This document shows, one piece after another, positions 12,196 through 24,947 of a stretch of DNA of 64,000 nucleotides. The notes below the pieces were generated by a model. It made no database searches, was not told the DNA's origin, and worked only from the letters and a program-made list of their open reading frames with translations. The stretch's first letter is position 1, and the number at the start of each line of letters is the position of its first letter. Source of the DNA: the human T2T-CHM13v2.0 reference genome, Homo sapiens; NCBI RefSeq assembly GCF_009914755.1, contig NC_060932.1. The stretch is one strand, 5' to 3'. The translations under genes and the position numbers were made by a program.

Positions 12196-13020
12196 AAAAC
12201 GCACCAACCCTCAGTGGAAACTCCAACCAACAAACATTATCAAAGTCCTTAAAACGCACCAACCCTCAGTGGACACTCCAACCAACAAACATTATCAAAG
12301 TCCTTAAAACGCACCAACCCTCAGCGGAAACTCCAACCAACCAACATTATCAAAGTCCTTAAAACGCACCAACCCTCAGTGGAAACTTCAACCAACAAAC
12401 ATTATCAAACTCCTTAAAACGCACCAACCCTCAGTGGACACTCCAACCAGCAAACATTATCGAAGTCCTTAAAATGCACCAACCCTCAGTGGAAACTTCA
12501 ACCAACAAACATTATCAAAGTCCTTAAAACGCACCAGCCCTCAGCGGAAACTCCAACCAACAAACATTATCAAAGTCCTTAAAACGCACCAACCCTCAGC
12601 GGACACTCCAACCAACAAACATTATCAAAGTCCTTAAAACGCACCAACCCTCAGCGGAAACTCCAACCAACAAACATTATCAAAGTCCTTAAAACGCACC
12701 AACCCTCAGCGGAAACTCCAACCAACAAACATTACCAAAGTCCTTAAAACGCACCAACCCTCAGTGGAAACTCCAACCAACAAACATTATCAAAGTCCTT
12801 AAAACGCACCAACCCTCAGTGGACACTCCAACCAACAAACATTATCAAAGTCCTTAAAACGCACCAACCCTCAGTGGAAACTCCAACCAACAAACATTAT
12901 CAAAGTCCTTAAAACGCACCAACCCTCAGTGGACACTCCAACCAACAAACATTATCAAAGTCCTTAAAACGCACCAACCCTCAGTGGAAACTCCAACCAA
13001 CAAACATTATCAAAGTCCTC
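12196..13020. repeat. VNTR, 15 x 55 bp (AAAACGCACCAACCCTCAGTGGAAACTCCAACCAACAAACATTATCAAAGTCCTT)
   Basis: Exact 55-bp periodicity over 825 bp, no indels, few substitutions. Confidence 0.99.
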
Positions 13021-13882
13021 AAGCACTTACTGAAAAAGTTTCTGACTTTTTTCTGCCTGAGAGAGTATCGTAATTATGTGACTCAGAAGATGAGATTTTC
13101 CCCCTTTGGATTTCGTAGGTGTTCATTCCTGGTAGTTTTTATTTTTTGCTTTGAAACAAGCAATTGCCTTTTCCTGACCTTGACATAAATAATCAACGTC
13201 TCTGAGAAGATCGTGGGTTATAGTAGAGTTACCTGAAAAACTTTGCTGAACAGTATGCTGTTTGACAACGTGCATCTGCTGTTTGCATTATTTAAAATAT
13301 GCAACAGGATGGTACTGTGCTCTGTTTACAATATGCAAACGTAAGATGCTTCAACCTTGACAATGCTGCTCAAATTATTCCTCAGTGTCAAATTCTCCAG
13401 TTTATCCATGTAAATTACACATAATAATTTTATAGACAGATATTTGTGGTTAAGAATAAGCTGTTAAATCTATTATTCCCTATTCCCTTCTCAAACACCT
13501 TAGCAAGTGTATGCCATTATTATTATTTCCATTTTAAAGACTAAAAAGCTGAGGCTATAAAAGCTGAAGAAATTTGCCAACAATCTTTGCAACTTTTGCA
13601 TGGCTAGTCCTGTGGTCAAGTTCTAATCATTGAAACTGTTGTGATTTTCAGGGGAAGCAGTATGAAATAATGTTTGCAATTCTAGGTAAATATAAGTAAT
13701 ATATGATCAAATTAATACGCAATAATCCAATAATCAACAGCAGCTCAAAACTTGTATCCTACAGCTTTTAGGAAGAATGTACGTAAGAAAATAGCTCTGA
13801 TTTCCCTGAGGAAGGAACTGCATTTCTCCTAAAAAAGAATTCTTAGGTATCAAGGAAGAATATGCATCTATATTCTTTGTAA

Positions 13883-14210
<328 letters not shown>

Positions 14211-14528
14211 TTCACATTTTAACTATATAATTTTTTTATTCACATTTTAACTGTATAAATAAACAAAATCCTAGTAAGCAATTCTCCCCGATATATATTA
14301 AAGAGTTTGACCCACTAATACAATCAAAACTGGTTGATTAGAATCTTAGTTTCTGAAAGTGTTTAGTTTGGGAAGGAAAAAAATGTGCTGGAGGGAAAAG
14401 AAAAAACAAATGCAACTTGATTATATGTAGTTTGTACCAACTGAGGGAACAATCATAATGCCCCCAAGATATTCCAATCCTCTCAGGAAAAGTAACCTTG
14501 TACATCACAATTAGAAAATGTGTGGGTA

Positions 14529-14850
<322 letters not shown>

Positions 14851-16738
14851 TCAAATCTCGTCGAAATGCACCCTCATAACTGGTCCATAACATTTCAATA
14901 ACACATTTGCTATGACTTATCTTGAGTGTATTTAATAAATATGCAGTTTTAAGAAGCAAATTCACAACAAGATGTAGACCAAGTTAAATGCTTCTATAAA
15001 GATGAGCTAGTGTATTAATTCTCCTTCAGCAATTTTGGGGGGCAGTCTTTATATACCTTCCATTATGGAAGACAGGGTCAACAAGCCATTTATGGTAGCT
15101 GATTTGGGGGGAAAAGTCATAGTCTTCATCACCTGAAATTGGTAATATATGTATACTTTAACGTTTTATGATTCCAATTTACTTCATGGAGGCTGGCTAT
15201 TTGTATATTTTTGTACTCAAGAAATTTAAAGAAAGTTTTTGACATGATCCAAAAATAACCAAAGTAAAAGGAGTTTGTCAGCCAGTGTTTATCTAAATTA
15301 ATATTTATTGCAGAAGACCAACTTTCACCCACCCACTCTTCACTAATTTGTATGAAAAACGCACACAGACAATAATGGGAATTCCGCTGGCATTTTTCTG
15401 GATAACTATGATTTTCTCACATCTTTTGAAGAAATGGAATCATCTAAGACAACACTTCTGTCAAATTAGTAGCCTGTAGTATTTGCTTGTGATTTTCTAT
15501 TTCCCAGTGGTTCCAAAAGCTGATAGATTTTTCTTTTTGCAAAACATATTGCAAATATATGTTTCTAAAATCTCCCCATGTTGACATTTGACAAATAGTG
15601 AGTCTTATAAGAACAAATCTCCTACAGATTTACAGACAAATAGAAAGATATATCCACATGGCTTATTAAATACAGACAATATTAGTCTCTCACACTTTTA
15701 GTTTTGGTAGATAAAACTGTTTACTTTCGCAATTAAAGCTGTTCTGTCTACTTATATTAAGTGAATAATAGAAACATATCACCTTCAGCATAAAATAAAA
15801 TATGTTTACGTAAGTGCATTCAAAGAGAGAACCATGTCCTAAGGCATCAACAGAAAAGGGTAAGATTGAGTGTTACGATAGTCTGAATGTGGATAATGAT
15901 GCATAGTGACTGACATTGAAGAGACAATTAAAACGAATCTGGCCATAAAAAGATACACAAGAATATATATTTTATTTTTATTCTCGTTTTTAGTCTACAA
16001 ATAATTTTAAACAGATGATAAGTTTTTCAGTTGTTTCTATCAATAATAGAGTTTGTAAACTATTTAGAAAAAGTTTTTGCATGTTTCCACAATCTTTGTT
16101 TTGTATTCAGATTCCACTGTTTATCATCAGATAATATCCTATAAGTGTTTCTTATATTATACTTTCAATAGAAATACTGGTAATATTAATATACATTTTC
16201 TAGAATACAAATATCTGCTTTCCTGAATATACATTGAATTTTTTATGCAAACTTCATTGCAAAAATAAAAGACAGTAAAGTAGCAAATTGTTGTCAAATA
16301 TAGTTACAATATTCAATATTATCATTTGGTAAATAATACTATCTATAAACTGATATAATATTTCATTTATTTACTATATATGAGCCAAAGCTTACTGTCC
16401 AGCAAAACTTGTGGTCTTATACCTGACTTAAAATACAAAGTACTATGATAGATAGTGCTGGAATTTTATGAAGGACTTCCAATTTCTTCTATTAACCTCA
16501 GTAGTGTCTGCTACTTATGCAAGTATTTCAGCATGCAAATTACTTCTGATAACCAAAAACATTTCTTGAGCCGTGTAGCATTGCATAACAAAAGCTTTAG
16601 TAAATTTATTTTATTCATTTTGGGAACAGAAGAGTATACTGGCTGGACATCAGTCATGCAATGATTTCCAGTTTTGCCTCAACTGGTGTGGCTGGTGGGA
16701 CATGTGCATGTGCATTTATACCACTTAGGGAGGCTGCA

Positions 16739-17035
16739 GGACACGCCTGGTGGCTCACGCCTGTAACCCCAGCACTTTGCGGGCTGAGGTGGATGGATCA
16801 CTTGAGATCAGGAGTTGAAGACCAGCGTGGCCAACATGGTGAAACCCCATCTCTACTAAAAATACAAAAATGAGCTTGGTGTGGTGGCGCACACCTGTAA
16901 TCCCAGCTACTCGGGAGGCTGAGGCAGGAGAGCCACTTGAACCCAGGACACGGAGGTTGCAGTGAGCCAAGATTGCATCACTGCCCTTCAGCCTGGGTGA
17001 CAGAGTGAGACTCTGTCGCCAAAAGAATAAAAAAA
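16739..17035 (+). mobile_element. AluS
   Basis: Full dimer; TSD gggaggctgca. Confidence 0.97.
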
Positions 17036-19035
17036 GGGGAGGCTGCAGGGAGTCAAGCAGCCTAGATTCCCCCTGTTGTGTTCATCAAGGAAAGGTAACA
17101 GCTTTCCAAATGAAACCCCAAATCTAAGACAATTAAGAAAAAATATGTGTACTTGTTTCTATCTTAGCCACGTGAGGTCCAGGTCCTGCTTCAACAGCAA
17201 GGTCCTCTGTGAGTCACAACACAGGACTTGGATGCCATAGGTTCTGGGGCTCATTTATTTTCAGCTCATGGTCCGGGGGTGCTTTGCACGTCCTCTTCTC
17301 CATTCTATTGGCCCCGCGATGTGACAGGAGACAGGAGATGCGATGTCACTTTTTTCCAAGTAGGAAGAACTATGGGCTTAATGAATAGCTTGCAAGTTGC
17401 CACGCCGGGGTTTTCAGTGACATGTTTGTGTGCAGGCGTCAGTTCCCAAATAACGAAGGCCAAGATGGCTTCAGGACATTCATTGTTACACATCCAGGGA
17501 CCAGGGATCGTATAGAAAATCAGATCACAGTTCTGGATTCTCATCCCAGAAAAGTGTGTGAATGTGCAGACGATGAGGGCCCACCTAGATTATAGACACA
17601 TATTCCAGTATTTCTCTGTATAGTTCTGCTGATTTGATGGTGTTCTGATTGTCTTCTTGTTGCTTGCAGTTAAAGAGCTCCTTTTTAGTGTTGCCACATC
17701 AGTTCTCTAAATCCTGATCGTCTGAGTCAGAATGAGGTGTGCCTTTTTCATTCTGTGTCTTTCCCAATCGATGACAGAGATTAGACACCTTTGGGGAACT
17801 CTTTCCACCATAACGGATGCCACATGTAACTCTCAGGGCAGAGATCCTCAAGGAGTTCACACAAGAGACAAAGACTCTTTGCCATCCTCATTCTCAACAG
17901 ACAAAAAAGCCACTTATGGTCAAAGTAATCTATTTTATAGAATTTAATTTAGAAGTGAGATAGGCTAATGACTAGTTTTATTATTAAAATGACCTTACTG
18001 TTATTCAACCACGTTCATTGTTTTTATTCCTTATGCTATGTTTGTTCTAGTCAGCATTATCCTGAGTAAATTTACACAGCCTGGCGGAATCCACCGTGCA
18101 TTTATACTCAACCCAGCTGACAGCCTTCATTATTTATGTCCTTAAGGATTTATTGCCTTTCAACACTCTTGTACCAGTTTCTGTATCAGTGAGTATCCTA
18201 AATCTAGTTTAAGAAGGCAGGGAATGTATTAATGTGCATTAGGTCACAGATCTCCAGAAGGGTCCATTTGTCAAGCCATGAAGCTACACAGTGATATGCC
18301 ATGTTCAAAGCCCAGGGTCACAAGCCCAGACCCTGTGGAGCCCGCTCTGGGAAGAGATACAGTCAGTCCTACAGCTGGTACTGAACACCGGGAATCACAC
18401 CCCACACTCTCTGAGCTTGGGTCACCTCGATCATCCATTTTGGGGATAACCATGTGCTGGTTTCTGAATTAGAGTTGAAGACGCTTCAGGCTGATTATTG
18501 AAGACTCAAAATAAAGTCTCAGGATTCATGACTTTTTCTTTGGGGAGGTGTAACAAGGGAAATGCCCCAAACATAGAATGTTCAGGACCCATGTCACAGG
18601 AGAAATGTCCACTGTAAGGATTCGCATGAATTACTGTATCTTCCTGGGGTCCATCCAATGCGTCCATCAATACGAGGAAAGAAGGCCATTTCACTGGGCA
18701 TGGAGGAAGGTTGACAGACCGTGCATTGACAAATACCAAGTACTTGTTCTCTCTCTCTCTCGCTCGCTCGCTCTCTCTCTCGTGTGTGTATTAATATATA
18801 TATACACATACACACATATATGGGGTTGGGGGGTCAGGCAGACTATGTTTTGGGCTGAAAACCCCAGGATATTTAATGTGTGCTTCTCTTTGCTTAAGTT
18901 CAGCAAAGAGCTTATCTATCTATCTATCTAGCTATCTATCTCTATATATACATAGATTTATCTATCTATATCTATCTGTGTATCTATCTAGCAATAGGTA
19001 GCAAAGAATTTATATATCTATATATCTATCAATAG

Positions 19036-19456
19036 ATATATGTATCTATATACATATATCTATATGTATCTATATACATATATCTATATGTATCTATATA
19101 CATATATCTATATGTATCTATATACATATATCTATATGTATCTATATACATATATCTATATGTATCTATATACATATATCTATATGTATCTATATACATA
19201 TATCTATATGTATCTATATACATATATCTATATGTATCTATATACATATATCTATATGTATCTATATACATATATCTATATGTATCTATATACATATATC
19301 TATATGTATCTATATACATATATCTATATGTATCTATATACATATATCTATATGTATCTATATACATATATCTATATGTATCTATATACATATATCTATA
19401 TGTATCTATATACATATATCTATATGTATCTATATACATATATCTATATGTATCTA
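19036..19456. repeat. Perfect AT-rich minisatellite, 24-bp unit (ATATGTATCTATATACATATATCT), about 17.5 copies
   Basis: Read directly; MYIDTYRY 8-aa ORF period. Confidence 0.99.
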
Positions 19457-19639
19457 CATCAATAGATATAGATACATATATCTATTGATAGATAGCAAAG
19501 AGCTTATATATGTATATATCAATATACACACACGTATATAATGTATATACGTATATATTTGTGCTAAATTATTAAACATGGATGTACTTTATAAATTAAT
19601 TAGCTCTTATAGACACTTGCTACTTTCCTCTTTCCCAAA

Positions 19640-20290
19640 TTGGTGTTTTCTTCTTTCTATTTATCTTCATTTCCTCTAGTGTCCAGCTGAAACTGTAATT
19701 CTTCCTCTCACCCCACCCCATGTCTTATGTAGAGGGTTTCCAAATCCTATCAAACTTCCTTTCCAAGTGTCTTTGAAGCCCAACTCTTCTTTTCATTTCG
19801 ATATCACTATCTTAGCTGGCCCCTCATCACCTCAAGTGCAGATTATTTCAAAAGCCACTAAATAATATGAAGGCTTCCAGCTTAATTTTTCTGTCTTTTC
19901 ATTATAATTGCTCTTGGGTGTATATTTAATGTCTTGTAAAGTCAGAAAGAGAGTTACCCTAACATGAGAATATTTTCATAATGTTGACTTCTTAATAAAT
20001 AAATAAATAAATGTGATTTTCCATTTTCTAAATGAGAAACTTCTCGGTTTTTAGCAATTTTTATAATCTAGTTTTAATCTGCCTTTCCAAATATATCACT
20101 TTTTCCATCACCACTAATTTTCTCTTATCCAACCAAACTGCGCTTTTTGTTTTCAAAATCACGACCCGTTCCTATTGTAAGCCCATGATCACCAAAATGT
20201 AAGCTCCTCCCACCTGGAATGTATTCCTTGCTTTTCCTTCTACCTAAAACCATAGAAATGATTACTATTTCTCAGAATCCTTTTCCGACA
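19640..20290 (+). mobile_element. L2 remnant
   Basis: ccaaatcctatcaa...ctcatcacctc...cctggaatgtattccttg pattern. Confidence 0.55.
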
Positions 20291-21624
20291 CCCCAGTGGT
20301 GTTATGTGTGCAGCATGTCAACTCATGGTCCTAATTATCTGTGCTATTCGTTCTGCTAGCACCTGCAGCATTGCTCATCGCCTCCTTCATGTATGCACGC
20401 CGTACTACCTCAAGTACATTCTTATCTCTTATTGAACAGGGCGTAAAACTTCTTTCAAAATTCTAAAAATCATGTATCATAGAAATCAAGAGACTCTATC
20501 AAAAACAAGTTTTTACAACTTCATTTCACGAATTTCTTTATTCTCCACTCAACGTCAAAGCTGAAAAGTGACAAACAGTGCTTTATGCACACAAAGTTCA
20601 TGAGTAGTGCACTAAATTTCAAAGGGCAGATATCAACATTAATCTGACAAGCTAAAATACCTCATAAAAATAAATGAAGTAAATAATAATGGAATCTAAA
20701 ATGCGTGAGCAATCTCAAGATGAAAAATGGCCCAGCATAAACTATTATTTTAGGATCCTGAATAGCTTATTGTACATTTATTTTTAGTATTAAAGTTGTG
20801 ACCAAAAACTTTTTTATGATATTGCTATCAGGGAATTAATAACATATAACATAGACACTAAATATTTCTTACATGCTTCGTCTGCATTTAAATTTTGTTC
20901 TGAGGAAAGTGATTTGATCCATCATCTGTCAAAATTGACAGGGGAGACCCATGTTTAATTTTTTGAATGTCTTCCTTTATCCTATTAGTTACTACATAAA
21001 TGCATGTTGGGTAATACAGTGACTATCAGACCTTCAGCTAATTCAGGCATGAAGTCCCAACTGTCCCTGGGAAAACAGAACTAAAAATGGAGGCATCACT
21101 CCTAAGTGAGCAGCGAAGCTTAAGCAAAGACAAGAAGGATACATAACTGTGTATGAGAGTTGGCTAATGGCATCAGAAGACTGAGATAACACTGAAGCAG
21201 ACTTTGTACCCAGATGTCTAATCAGCTGGGTGGGTGACATTGATGGGCATTCCAAAGGTCCAGTCTCAGAATCAGGGATGTAGCAGACACAGGCTCCCAC
21301 AGGAGGCATTTGGCCCTGGAATGACAGACTCAACACAATAGAAAGGAGACAGAGCTCTGAACCTGGAAGGGAGGCTACAGTTCCATGCAGGCAGGTCATT
21401 AGAGCTAAAAAATGAAAAAAAATTCCTAGCTACCACTAGCACACACTTGTTAGAAGCTACATAGGCATCAAAATCTCATTTAAGGATGAGAGATTGTTAA
21501 TGCGGTTATCTCAAAAGTAATTCACAAAATACAAAGGAACCCAACAATTTTATAGGCACAAAAGTGTGTGGGTCACAAGAATATCTTGTTCAAAATGTCA
21601 CCAGATGAAATGATGGAGATTTGT

Positions 21625-22585
21625 TTCTTTTAATAGTTTTAACTAGGGAATAACACAGTAAAATATATGAAGCGTACTTCTGTAAATCGTGCAGCTTGGA
21701 TAAATTTGAGCACACATACACAGCTGTGAAAACACCACATGAATCAAAATACAGAACATGTCCAGCACTCTCAAGCTCCCTCTTGATTTCGTTTCTTCCA
21801 GTCACTGACTCTAGTCTCCATAGGAGTTAACCACTATTTCGACCTCTAACTCTCAGCAGATGGATTTTGCCTGCTCCTGACCTCATACAAATGGCTTTAT
21901 ACAATTGTTGCTCATTCATGGATGGCTTCTTTTGATCAGCATGATGTCTTAGAATTGTGTCCATCCATGGTTTAATCTTTCTTATTTATAATGTTCCATT
22001 GTTTATGAATAAACCACTTTTTTTTTATTCTCCTTTTGATGGGGAAATTTTATTTCATTGTTTTTTTCCTTTGCTGCGGCATTAGGGATTGAAGCCTCTG
22101 TGAGCCTTCTTATACGTGTCCTTTGCAGACTTTTACAGTTCTTTCTGCTGCATGCACACAGGAAGAGAGTCTCTGGAACATTGGATAAACCCACTTTCAA
22201 CGTAATGCCTACCGCCTAAAGGGCTCGGGCACACCAGCTTCTGCCCTTATCTGCAAACTATCAGAGCTGCAGATCCTCCACACTTTTCAATTCTTTGTAT
22301 CGACAACTTTGCTTTGGTTGGATAGCTTGTTCCAAGCGTAGCCGTTCTCACGGATCTGTAAAGATAATGCATTCTGACATTAAAGTGCACGTCCTTTGTA
22401 AGTAACGCTGTTGAGCTCCTTTCAATGCTTGCTGGACACTTGGATATTATATTCTTCTTTGAATTATCTGGTCTGATGTTTTGTCCATTTTTTATATTTT
22501 TCAAATCTTTTTCTTATTGATTGGTAGAAATTATTTAAATATTCAGAATACAAGACTTCTGTCAGAAACGTTTGACGAAAGTCTT
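21625..22585 (-). mobile_element. L1ME/L1MD 3' region
   Basis: aatcaaaatacagaacatgtccagcac...ttaaagtgcacgtcc...gtccatttt...aatacaagacttctgtcaga. Confidence 0.8.
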
Positions 22586-23045
22586 GCTTCTGTAAGGGAT
22601 GCCTCCGAATGCTAGGCAATCCTTAGCTGGTAGCTGGGGGTCTGTGTTAACGAGGCCAAGCCACATCAATAAATTGCTCTAGGTTCAAAATTTCTTGGAA
22701 ACAATGACTTGGATTCTAACTTAGTTGCCTCCTCTTCTTTTTTACTTCTGACCCAAGAAACAAATAGTATGAAGTGTGCATGCCCTGCCCTAAGGGACGA
22801 GGCGGATCTCCTCTTCATGTCCCTCAGCTCTCTCAGGTCGTGCCCGATGCTGGAAAATCCTGGCCACCATACGAAGGGAAGCAGAAGCCTGGTCAGGGGT
22901 CCCGTGTCATAACCACTGGGATCGGGGACACCAGTGCTCATCCTGTTACAGTGTAACTCATTTTCTTTTACACCATAGTCACATATTTTTGTGTCCCTTT
23001 CCTTCATGTGATAGCTTTGTTATGCCACATAAAATACAACTTCTG

Positions 23046-23344
23046 GGCTGGGTTTGGTGGCTCATGCCTGTAATCCCAGCACTTTGGGAGGCCGAGGTGG
23101 GGGGAATCACGAGGTCAGGAGTTCGAGACCAGCCTGACCAACATGGTGAAACCCCGTCTCTACTAAAAATACAAAAATTAGCCAGGTGTGGTGATGAGTG
23201 CCTGTAGTCCCAGCTACTCAGGAGGCTGAAGCAGAAGAATCACTTGAACCCAGGAGGCGGACGTTGCAGTGAGCCGACATCATGCCGCTGCACTCCAGCC
23301 TGGAAGACAGAGTGAGACTCTGTCTAAAAAAAAAAGAAAGAAAG
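23046..23344 (+). mobile_element. AluSg-like
   Basis: Full dimer; 15-bp TSD aaaatacaacttctg. Confidence 0.98.
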
Positions 23345-24289
23345 AAAATACAACTTCTGGGAGCTGAGGAAATACAAGGTGGAGGAGGAATGAGTCCTGG
23401 AGCGACACAGCCTTGCAAACCGTCTCTGATTGACATTCCCTAACTTTATCCTTTATATGACGTCAAGAGTAATGCTGAGAATAGAGTGCAATCCTCAACA
23501 CAGTAGGCAGGGGCAGGGTCAATTATGCATTTATTTTTCACATTTGCAAAGATAATATTTGTATTATATAATTAATATTTACCAGAGTAATAATTATTAT
23601 ACTTTCAGGAGAAATAAAAACAGGATAACGATTTTCATACACTGATGACATTTCAGGACCAAAGCACTTTAGTCAAATTTGTTAGAGGGTCTTTGTATCT
23701 GAATCATAAATTCCATCACCAAAGGTAATCGTGGTCATAAAGGAGGGTCCCGCGTTCGAGCAAAACCGATGAAGTTTCTATTGATTTGAGATTATGCCTT
23801 ACACTAAAAACCAATAGTAATTACATCAAATGAGCTAAATTAATGAAGTTAATATTTGCTGTTGGGAGATTGTTAGAACTCGACCAACCTAGCGAACATT
23901 CTAGCATTACTAACCACTGTCTGGCATAAGTAATTTCTAAAATTTCAAAGCCCACGTTAGTTAGTGAGGTGCAATTCTCAACGGCATTTTGACATTTTGG
24001 TTGTGTTCCAGAAACATGTGCATACATCGTGAGTGTGTGACTGAACAAAAACTATGGCTCTCCTCTTCATGTTATTTTCACAGTTGGTGTAGGTCACAGT
24101 AGATGAAAGTGACGGGAAGTCCATTTCTATGATTTTCTTCTCCAGGCTACGGCAGGCTTTATGGTGCTGTCTTTCTAGAGCCATAGCTCATATATTCTCT
24201 TTGGCCTGGGAGGGTTTCATTCAGATGAACATGTGGTAGGATGTTGGCCTTGTGGGACGAAGCCCCCAAAATCAATAGATGAGGTACCT

Positions 24290-24415
24290 GGATCTGGCCC
24301 TGCCATGTTCTACCATTGTGATTTTGAGAGCCTGTCAACCTCTCCCAGACCCATTTTCCTCATTTGTAAAATGAAATGAATAGATTTTGGTGGTTTTGAG
24401 ACTTTTGGACTATGG
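24290..24415 (+). mobile_element. MIR fragment
   Basis: aacctctc...ttttcctcatttgtaaaatg core. Confidence 0.6.
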
Positions 24416-24637
24416 AAGGCTTTCTTCAGAAAAGAAAAAGAAATAACACTTTTCCCAAAGCCCAACATATACACCAAATCCCAGTGTGCCTGCCACTCCC
24501 CTTGGCTGGATGCTGGAGGCCTGGTCTCCACGTCTCTCTCCCCTTCACTCTGTAGTTGCTCTTGGGACACAGTTGTAAAACCCACACAAGGTTTCTTGGA
24601 AAGACCTGAACTAAACAGTTTCTAAGATTTCTTCTTT

Positions 24638-24916
24638 GGCCAGGCACAGTGGCTCACGCCTCTAATCCCAGCATTTTATAAGGCTGAGACGGGAAGATCA
24701 CGTGAGGTCAGGAGTTCAATACAGCCTGGCCAATGTGGTGAAACCCTGTCTCTACTAAAAATATAAAAATTAGCTAGGCATGGTGGTACATGCCTGTAAT
24801 CCCAGATTACTCAGAACACTGAGGCAGGAGAATAGCTTGATCCCGGAGGTGGAGGTTGCAGTGAGCCGAGATTGTGCCACTGCACTCCAGCCTGGGCAAC
24901 AGAGTGAGACTCCCTC

Positions 24917-24947
<31 letters not shown>
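24638..24947 (+). mobile_element. AluS
   Basis: Full dimer with long poly-A; TSD aaga(t/c)ttcttctt. Confidence 0.97.

Noticed and set aside
12196-13020. CRISPR-like array
   Set aside because: Units are contiguous near-identical repeats with no unique spacers, there are no cas genes, and the DNA is human
19029-19465. 136-aa and 141-aa repeat ORFs
   Set aside because: Artefacts of a stop-free 24-bp unit
23458-23465. Perfect CRE palindrome TGACGTCA
   Set aside because: A single 8-mer without promoter context is expected by chance in a window this size
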